Both the position numbers and the translations under genes were made by a program. A stretch of 64,000 nt of DNA, taken from the IMG/VR virus record IMGVR_UViG_3300017909_001210, positions 1-64,000 of that record, one strand, 5' to 3'. Below the pieces are notes generated by a model. That model was not told where the DNA came from and did no database searches. It saw only the letters and a program-made list of their open reading frames with translations. This stretch comes from a virus (Duplodnaviria; Caudoviricetes). This document shows, in pieces, positions 58,093-64,000 of this stretch (the stretch's first letter is position 1; each line of letters begins with the position of its first letter).

Positions 58093-58719
58093 ATGTTAGA
58101 ATTGATAGACGAGGCTTCAAGAGTCTTACGAACACCACCACCTGAATTCGACTTCGAGAATCCACCCGAAGACCCAAAAGAAATTGAAAAGAACCTTGCA
58201 ACTGCAATGGAACAATTTGGTGGTATTGGATTATCTGCAAATCAAGTTGGATTAAACTATAGAGTTTTTGTTATGAGAACTGCAGATAAAGGAATCGTTG
58301 CATTCTTTAATCCCGAAATAACTAAAGTATCACAAGAAACAGATTTAATGAAAGAGGGTTGTCTATCCTTTCCCGACCTTTACCTTATGATAAAAAGGTC
58401 AAAAGAAATAGAATTTAAATATCAAGATGCAGAAGGTGAAGAACATACACTTTATCTTAATGGTTTAGGTGCAAGGTGTGTTCAACATGAGTGTGACCAC
58501 TTGAATGGTATCCTATTCTTACAACGTGCATCTAGACTCAAATTAGAACGTGCATTAAAAGTTCGTCCTAAAGAGAAAAGAAAAAGAGAAGATTATGAAA
58601 GAAGAATGGCCTATGCAAGAGCAATCGCAGAACGTGAATCTAATCAGAATGCCGAATCTAATAACGGAGAAGGAATCGAAGAGTCTGATAGAGTGGTTCA
58701 AGAATCACAAACATCTTAG
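58093..58719 (+). CDS. def: Peptide deformylase
   Basis: GIGLSANQVG, EGCLSFP, QHECDHLNG. Confidence 0.95.
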   Translation: MLELIDEASRVLRTPPPEFDFENPPEDPKEIEKNLATAMEQFGGIGLSANQVGLNYRVFVMRTADKGIVAFFNPEITKVSQETDLMKEGCLSFPDLYLMIKRSKEIEFKYQDAEGEEHTLYLNGLGARCVQHECDHLNGILFLQRASRLKLERALKVRPKEKRKREDYERRMAYARAIAERESNQNAESNNGEGIEESDRVVQESQTS

Positions 58720-59251
58720 ACAAGTCGGAGATGGTTCGGACTATAGAGGAATTGACCTCATTCATATACACACGAACTGGGTAAGAGATATTTTCAATAG
58801 AGTTGGTCATGACGTGACCAGTGAAATATATCATGCAGTGGGAACAAGAGTATATCCCGAAATGACTGCAATCAATGAATGGGAAATCGGTGGTGTTCAA
58901 GAACCACACTTAGACACTTATTCTTCAGTAGAATTAGAAAACAATGCAATAGAAGAATCACCTAGTAGAGAATGGACTGTTATTCTTTATTTAAATGGTC
59001 ATGAATCATTTAGAGGTGGTGAAACCTATTTTCCCGAGATGGGGCCGACTGGAACTATTATTGAACCAGTTGCAAATGAAGGTATTGTATTCAAAGGTTT
59101 AGAACTAAAACATGGAGTTTATCCAGTTCGTAGAGGTTCTAGATATACCATTTCAATGTGGTTTTCAAACAACAGAGAAAATATCCTTACAGACGAGAGA
59201 ACAAAAGACTTCTCGGCAGACCATTACAAATTAAGACAAATTAATCCATAA
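58595..59251 (+). CDS. 2OG-Fe(II) oxygenase (prolyl 4-hydroxylase-like); true start may be 58613 or 58649
   Basis: PHLD (HxD), TVILYLN...F.GGETYF, HGVYPV..G.RYTISMWF. Confidence 0.85.
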   Translation: MKEEWPMQEQSQNVNLIRMPNLITEKESKSLIEWFKNHKHLRQVGDGSDYRGIDLIHIHTNWVRDIFNRVGHDVTSEIYHAVGTRVYPEMTAINEWEIGGVQEPHLDTYSSVELENNAIEESPSREWTVILYLNGHESFRGGETYFPEMGPTGTIIEPVANEGIVFKGLELKHGVYPVRRGSRYTISMWFSNNRENILTDERTKDFSADHYKLRQINP

Positions 59252-59255
59252 AAAT

Positions 59256-59285
59256 TTGACAATGACCCTCACTTTTTAGTATACT
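59256..59285 (+). promoter_or_regulatory. Early sigma70-like promoter, copy 1
   Basis: TTGACA-ATGACCCTCACTTTTTAG-TATACT. Confidence 0.85.
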
Positions 59286-59311
59286 AGTATAGTAGAAAAA
59301 AAGGAGTAAAT

Positions 59312-59536
59312 ATGTCAAATATCTATAACGACCAAATAATGGACGGAATCGTGCAAGACGTAGATTCTATGTCCGATATTGATGTGGTTTCTGCACTCAA
59401 TATATCAAACGTATATAAAGTATATAAATTCACTGGAGATGATGTGCATGGTGCAAATATCATAGACTATGCAAGAAGTGTCTTAGTGTCCCAAATGTGG
59501 GACGATGTAGTAGACATGGGAGGCCCTTGTGGATAA
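59312..59536 (+). CDS. Small hypothetical early protein
   Basis: 74 aa, AAGGAG RBS, follows promoter copy 1. Confidence 0.7.
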   Translation: MSNIYNDQIMDGIVQDVDSMSDIDVVSALNISNVYKVYKFTGDDVHGANIIDYARSVLVSQMWDDVVDMGGPCG

Positions 59537-59813
59537 TATAGATTTTTTAAGTGAACACGACTTTATTAGATACAAACAAAGTGGTAAAATCTATGAGGGT
59601 TATATTACTAAGGTTGTGAACAATGACTTTCCATTTATTGAATGCAGAGTCCAAGAAACAAATGACTTCAGTGAAAGAATGGGTTCATTTTTCAATGGTA
59701 TCATTTATGCAGAATCATTCAAAGGTTTAGAAGTTGAATGGTGGTTTGACGGACAAGGTTGTGACAATTCTGCAATCGGTGTTTCAGGTTCTTGGGAATT
59801 AATTTGTTCCTAG
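59529..59813 (+). CDS. Small hypothetical early protein
   Basis: 94 aa, GGAGG upstream, overlaps previous stop; GTG start. Confidence 0.65.
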   Translation: MDNIDFLSEHDFIRYKQSGKIYEGYITKVVNNDFPFIECRVQETNDFSERMGSFFNGIIYAESFKGLEVEWWFDGQGCDNSAIGVSGSWELICS

Positions 59814-59816
59814 GTG

Positions 59817-59846
59817 TTGACAATGACCTTCACTTTTTAGTATACT
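59817..59846 (+). promoter_or_regulatory. Early sigma70-like promoter, copy 2
   Basis: TTGACA-ATGACCTTCACTTTTTAG-TATACT, 6 nt before ATG 59853. Confidence 0.85.
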
Positions 59847-59852
59847 TATATT

Positions 59853-62207
59853 ATGACAAATCAAATTAGAAATCAAAAAGACTCACTTGCCAAGTTAATG
59901 GCTACGGAAAACCTTACTATAGTTCATAAGAAGGTTCCAACTGCATACTTCGATTTAGAGAATAGAATACTTTGTTGTCCTATTCTTAAAGATGAAATAT
60001 CACCCGAACTTTATGACTTGTTTATGGGTCACGAAGTATCTCATGCACTGAATACACCATATGAAGGTGTTCACTCTGCAGTGACAAAAAACAGAACACT
60101 TAAAGGATATCTTAATGTTGTTGAAGACGTTAGGATTGAGAGAATGATTAAGAACAAATATCAAGGTCTTAGAAAATCATTCTACAAAGCTTACAACGAA
60201 TTAATGGATATGGATTTCTTCGGAATCAAAGGAAGAAATCTACAAGAACTTTCATTGATTGACAAAATCAACCTTATCACAAAATGTGGTTCAAGGGTTA
60301 ATATCACACTTACTAAAGAAGAACAATTCTTCCTTGACTGGTCTAACAGATGTCAGACTTGGGAAGAGGTTGAAGAGTGTGCAACTGCTATTTACGAGTG
60401 GTCAAAAGAAAACGAAACAAGAACTGAGGAAGATGAAAAAATGGTTCCTCAAATGTTTGATATTGGTGATGACGAAGAAGACGAAGATTACGAAGACGAG
60501 TCTGAAGAGTTCAACAATGACTTTGGTGATTCAGATGAAGAAGACGAAGACGAAGACAACCTTCCCGAGTTAGATTCAGAAGATTCTAATGGTGGTGAAG
60601 AAAAAGAAGAAGAAGAAGGTGAAGAAAAGTCTGAAGAAGAAACCGAAGAAGAAGGTAAATCACAAAGAAAAATGACTGGTGGTAAAGAAGCTTCCAGTGG
60701 TGAGTATGATGACGAAGATGGTGCAAGGGAATCTATTACAGAACAAAATGCACATAACAACGAAGGTAAATTATACTCTGAAGAAAACATTGTAAAAATC
60801 AGTGTTGACCTTGGTAAAAAATTCAACAAAGAAAATGACATGATGAGAAGTGTCAAAGTGTCTTACAAAGATTTACTAAAAGATATGAGAGGTTCATTCT
60901 TTGTTAACGGAAAAGAAAAAAACAAAGAAGTTGCACTTCACACTATGAACAAACTAGATGCAAAAAACAAAAAGATTGTGAATCATATGGTGAAGGAATT
61001 CGAAATGAAACAATCTGCAAAAAGAGCTGTTCATGCATTCAGTGGTAAAACTGGTAAACTTGATATGAATAGACTTGCAAAGTATCAGATTGTTGACGAC
61101 ATTTTCAAAAGAGTGACTTACTTGCCTGAAGGTGAGAATCATGGTGTTAACGTATTGATTGACTGGAGTGGTTCAATTCATAGAGAAGTTCTTGACCTTC
61201 TAGAACAAGCACTTATTCTAACAATGTTCTGTAGAAAAGCAAATATTCCTCATAGAGTGTATCTCTTCTCAGACGTTTACAATAGAGTAGATGAAGAATG
61301 GTCTAGAGAAGACGGACAATTACTTGAATTATTCTCAGACAAACAAAACACTAGAGAATACAAAGAAATGTTCACGTATGTTTCTCAGATTTGGAATGAC
61401 TACTTTGCAGATAGACTTAGTGGTGCTGGAAGAAAATTTGAGAAGTCTTTAGAGATTTGGAATGACTGGTTCGAAGGAACACACTATGTTCAAGAATATG
61501 GGGGGTATTACATTTACCTACCAAGTCATTCAATTCCACATAGATTCAATCTTGGTGGAACACCTCTTGACCATACACTATTTGCAATGAGAACACTTCT
61601 AAGAGATTTCAGAAAAGACTATGGTATTGAGAAATCAATTCTAACAGTTATCACTGATGGGTATTCTCATGGTTCAAGTATCTTATCTTCATCTGAAGAT
61701 ATGAGAGAACAAGAAAAAGAACAATTGAATGGTGAAGATTCTTGGGACTTTGAAAGACATATAGAAATCATTGACCCTTATTCAAGAAGAGTCTATCCTA
61801 TTTCTACAGGAAGATACTACAGAGGTGGTGACTTCAAAAGAACTCAGAATATCCTTGACTGGATTGCAAAAGAAACTGGTGTGATTGTCACTGGATACTT
61901 CGTTGTTGGTAAGAAACAAGACTTTGTTCAAATCTACAGTGAAGTGAAAAATGAAAATGATTACTGGAGAGATTACAAATCTGAGTGGTTAGAGTGTAGA
62001 AAAACTGGTATGGTTGTGAATTGTCATGGATATAACAAACTCTTCATTACCGCTGCTAGTGCAATCGGAACCGAAGGAACTGATGAGTTAGACGATGAGT
62101 TTATCGATGCGAAAAAAGTTAGAGTTCTAGCTGCTTTCAAGAAAAACCAAAAGTCTAAAACAACTTCAAGATTTTTAACTAATGAATTTATTAAGGAGAT
62201 AGCATAA
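59853..62207 (+). CDS. CobT-like protein: HExxH region + acidic linker + VWA domain
   Basis: GHEVSHAL, NVVEDVRIE, long D/E tract, LIDWSGS MIDAS, GGTPL, VITDG. Confidence 0.85.
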   Translation: MTNQIRNQKDSLAKLMATENLTIVHKKVPTAYFDLENRILCCPILKDEISPELYDLFMGHEVSHALNTPYEGVHSAVTKNRTLKGYLNVVEDVRIERMIKNKYQGLRKSFYKAYNELMDMDFFGIKGRNLQELSLIDKINLITKCGSRVNITLTKEEQFFLDWSNRCQTWEEVEECATAIYEWSKENETRTEEDEKMVPQMFDIGDDEEDEDYEDESEEFNNDFGDSDEEDEDEDNLPELDSEDSNGGEEKEEEEGEEKSEEETEEEGKSQRKMTGGKEASSGEYDDEDGARESITEQNAHNNEGKLYSEENIVKISVDLGKKFNKENDMMRSVKVSYKDLLKDMRGSFFVNGKEKNKEVALHTMNKLDAKNKKIVNHMVKEFEMKQSAKRAVHAFSGKTGKLDMNRLAKYQIVDDIFKRVTYLPEGENHGVNVLIDWSGSIHREVLDLLEQALILTMFCRKANIPHRVYLFSDVYNRVDEEWSREDGQLLELFSDKQNTREYKEMFTYVSQIWNDYFADRLSGAGRKFEKSLEIWNDWFEGTHYVQEYGGYYIYLPSHSIPHRFNLGGTPLDHTLFAMRTLLRDFRKDYGIEKSILTVITDGYSHGSSILSSSEDMREQEKEQLNGEDSWDFERHIEIIDPYSRRVYPISTGRYYRGGDFKRTQNILDWIAKETGVIVTGYFVVGKKQDFVQIYSEVKNENDYWRDYKSEWLECRKTGMVVNCHGYNKLFITAASAIGTEGTDELDDEFIDAKKVRVLAAFKKNQKSKTTSRFLTNEFIKEIA

Positions 62208-62449
62208 TGAAGACATATCAAGTAGACCCTGCTTATTATATTTCAAGTGTAAATGATTACAGTAAATTTGCAGATGCAGTTATGGACGTGGGGCCTTCCC
62301 CTTGCGTCAGATATGATTGTCCACTGGTTAATGAATGTAAATCCGAAAAGAAGGAATGTTTTGCATTTAGAATATGGGTTAATAATGGTGGTGAGTTGAA
62401 TGAGAAACAACAAGCTAAAATGGGAACTAGATTTGAAACTATTAAGTAA
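62207..62449 (+). CDS. 80-aa hypothetical protein with four Cys
   Basis: AAGGAG RBS; C-x4-C-x5-C-x6-C. Confidence 0.65.
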   Translation: MKTYQVDPAYYISSVNDYSKFADAVMDVGPSPCVRYDCPLVNECKSEKKECFAFRIWVNNGGELNEKQQAKMGTRFETIK

Positions 62450-62454
62450 AGGGG

Positions 62455-62484
62455 TTGACAATGACCCTCACTTTTTAGTATACT
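62455..62484 (+). promoter_or_regulatory. Early sigma70-like promoter, copy 3
   Basis: TTGACA-ATGACCCTCACTTTTTAG-TATACT. Confidence 0.85.
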
Positions 62485-62528
62485 AATAACTGATGAGAAA
62501 TTTAACAACTTTTAAAAGGAGTAAAAAT

Positions 62529-63773
62529 ATGGATAAAAGAAGTTATGACAGAAGTGAATCGATTTCTATAGACGGAAAACCTTTTCACTTCACACCCGAT
62601 AGGAAGGAATTCTTGGAAGCACTTTCCAAGACGTATCCCGAACAATCGGTTTTTACGAAGGAAGAAATTGAAACAGTGGGTTCATTCCCATATTGGGTCA
62701 AGTCTTCTAGATACAATTTTAGAGACAATGGGGTATTTAATTTAACCCAAGTTCTCAGTGGATACAATGGTGGATATTCTGAAAATGAAGTTGTTCCTCC
62801 AGTTGCACCTCAAGTGGTTTCTATTGCACCACCAGTTGCTCCACAAAATATGCCAGTTGCCGCTGCGACTGAGTCTGTTAATCTGAATGACAATGTAAAA
62901 ATCATTCCCGAGAAAATGTCTAACTATGTTCCTTTTGGACACTTCAAAGATGTCAAGAACATAATCAAGTCTAAAATCTTCTTCCCAGTATTCATTACTG
63001 GTTTGAGTGGTAATGGTAAAACTCTTATGATTGAACAAACATGTGCTCAATTGAAGAGAGAACTTTTCAGAGTTAACATCACTATTGAGACTGATGAGGA
63101 CGACCTAATGGGTGGTCACACTCTAGTCAATGGTAATGTAGTCTTCAGAGAAGGCCCTGTTATCAAAGCGATGAGAAAAGGTGCTGTCCTTCTCTTAGAC
63201 GAAGTTGACTTAGGTTCTAACAAACTTATGTGTCTACAATCAGTTCTTGAAGGTAAAGGATACCTAATCAAGAAAACTGGTGAGTGGGTGACTCCAAAAC
63301 AAGGTTTCACAATTCTTGCAACTGCAAACACTAAAGGACAAGGTTCTGAAGATGGAAAGTTCATTGGAACTCAAATCATGAACGAAGCCATGTTGGAAAG
63401 GTTTGCAATCACAATGCAACAAGAATATCCTCCAGTGACTACTGAGAGAAAAATTCTTTCAAAAGAAATGGAATTGACTGGTGAAGTTGATTCAGAGTTC
63501 GTGACCAAACTAGTAGATTGGGCAGACATAATCAGAAAAACCTTCTACGAAGGTGCGATTGATGACGTTGTCACTACTAGAAGACTGGTTCACATTGTGA
63601 ATGCATACAGAATGTTTGGTGACAAACTCAAGTCAATCCAAATGTGTATTTCAAGGTTTGACGAAGAAACTAGAAATAGTATCCTCGACCTTTACACTAA
63701 GATTGACGCAGGTGTCGATTTAAATGAGGAAAACCCAGTTGACGAAACTGAAACCTCAGAGTATAATAATTAA
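62529..63773 (+). CDS. MoxR-family AAA+ ATPase (CobS-like)
   Basis: GLSGNGKT, LLLDEVD, ATANTKGQG, A.LERF; AAGGAG RBS before ATG 62529. Confidence 0.9.
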   Translation: MDKRSYDRSESISIDGKPFHFTPDRKEFLEALSKTYPEQSVFTKEEIETVGSFPYWVKSSRYNFRDNGVFNLTQVLSGYNGGYSENEVVPPVAPQVVSIAPPVAPQNMPVAAATESVNLNDNVKIIPEKMSNYVPFGHFKDVKNIIKSKIFFPVFITGLSGNGKTLMIEQTCAQLKRELFRVNITIETDEDDLMGGHTLVNGNVVFREGPVIKAMRKGAVLLLDEVDLGSNKLMCLQSVLEGKGYLIKKTGEWVTPKQGFTILATANTKGQGSEDGKFIGTQIMNEAMLERFAITMQQEYPPVTTERKILSKEMELTGEVDSEFVTKLVDWADIIRKTFYEGAIDDVVTTRRLVHIVNAYRMFGDKLKSIQMCISRFDEETRNSILDLYTKIDAGVDLNEENPVDETETSEYNN

Positions 63774-63774
63774 T

Positions 63775-64000
63775 ATGTTTGGAAAAAACAAGAAGATTGA
63801 TTACAAATATAACGAGGGTGAACTCATTAAAGAGTTCTCCTCGTATATTGATTCGACTTACGACAAACATTACAGTTTAAACAAATACCAGTCCACTGAA
63901 TTCATTATTGACAGTGGTCATGGGGAAGGTTTTTGTATCGGAAACATAATGAAATATGCACAAAGATACGGAAAAAAAGATGGTAAGAATAGAGCAGACC
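63775..64000 (+). CDS. DUF3310-like protein (truncated by window end)
   Basis: Manually translated: ...YDKHYS...GFCIGNIMKYAQRYGKKDG; TTGACG-N17-TATAAT at 63739-63767. Confidence 0.7.
   Translation, partial: MFGKNKKIDYKYNEGELIKEFSSYIDSTYDKHYSLNKYQSTEFIIDSGHGEGFCIGNIMKYAQRYGKKDGKNRAD

Noticed and set aside
60460-60730. GAA/GAC-rich low-complexity DNA as a repeat element
   Set aside because: Explained by the acidic linker typical of CobT-like VWA proteins.
59256-62484. CRISPR array from the 30-bp repeats
   Set aside because: Only three copies, separated by 0.5 and 2.6 kb of genes, and they match -35/-10 promoter consensus.
341-63364. Many 60-145 aa minus-strand and alternate-frame ORFs in the track
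   Set aside because: They lie wholly within well-supported plus-strand genes, lack RBS or promoters, and read as antisense shadows of biased codon usage.
62529-63773. Cobalamin biosynthesis auxiliary gene
   Set aside because: CobS label reflects the MoxR AAA+ fold; no cobN or other cob genes are seen.
1-64000. tRNA, rRNA, group I introns, homing endonucleases, integrase
   Set aside because: No cloverleaf in the intergenic gaps examined; core genes are uninterrupted and of normal length; no such motifs seen.

Overview
A 64-kb, AT-rich, almost entirely plus-strand segment of a T4-like myovirus of the marine/aquatic type. No photosynthesis genes, tRNAs, CRISPR arrays or integrases were seen. 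Order: baseplate (gp53, hub, gp5, gp25, gp6, gp7, gp8, 2211-aa VrlC/DUF4815-like protein); a mosaic tail-fibre region; Gln/Pro/Tyr-rich repeat proteins, one ending in a Hint domain, followed by a glycosyltransferase and 2OG-Fe(II) oxygenase cluster; neck, terminase, tail and head genes (gp13-gp23); gp3, uvsY, uvsW; six tiny membrane-protein ORFs and an alternative oxidase; gp55, gp47, gp46; peptide deformylase; and an early region with a VWA/MoxR(CobS-like) pair. Most notable: (1) a glnA-type glutamine riboswitch starting at the predicted +1 of a late promoter and preceding a 38-aa YRG (DUF4278-like) peptide, directly after the major capsid gene; (2) a candidate virion-protein modification system (Pro/Tyr repeat proteins + non-splicing Hint domain + CDI-like glycosyltransferase with an in-frame A18 tract + hydroxylases); (3) AOX with a micro-membrane-protein array; (4) apparent leaderless late mRNAs. 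All family assignments come from motif recognition and synteny by eye; no database searches were run.
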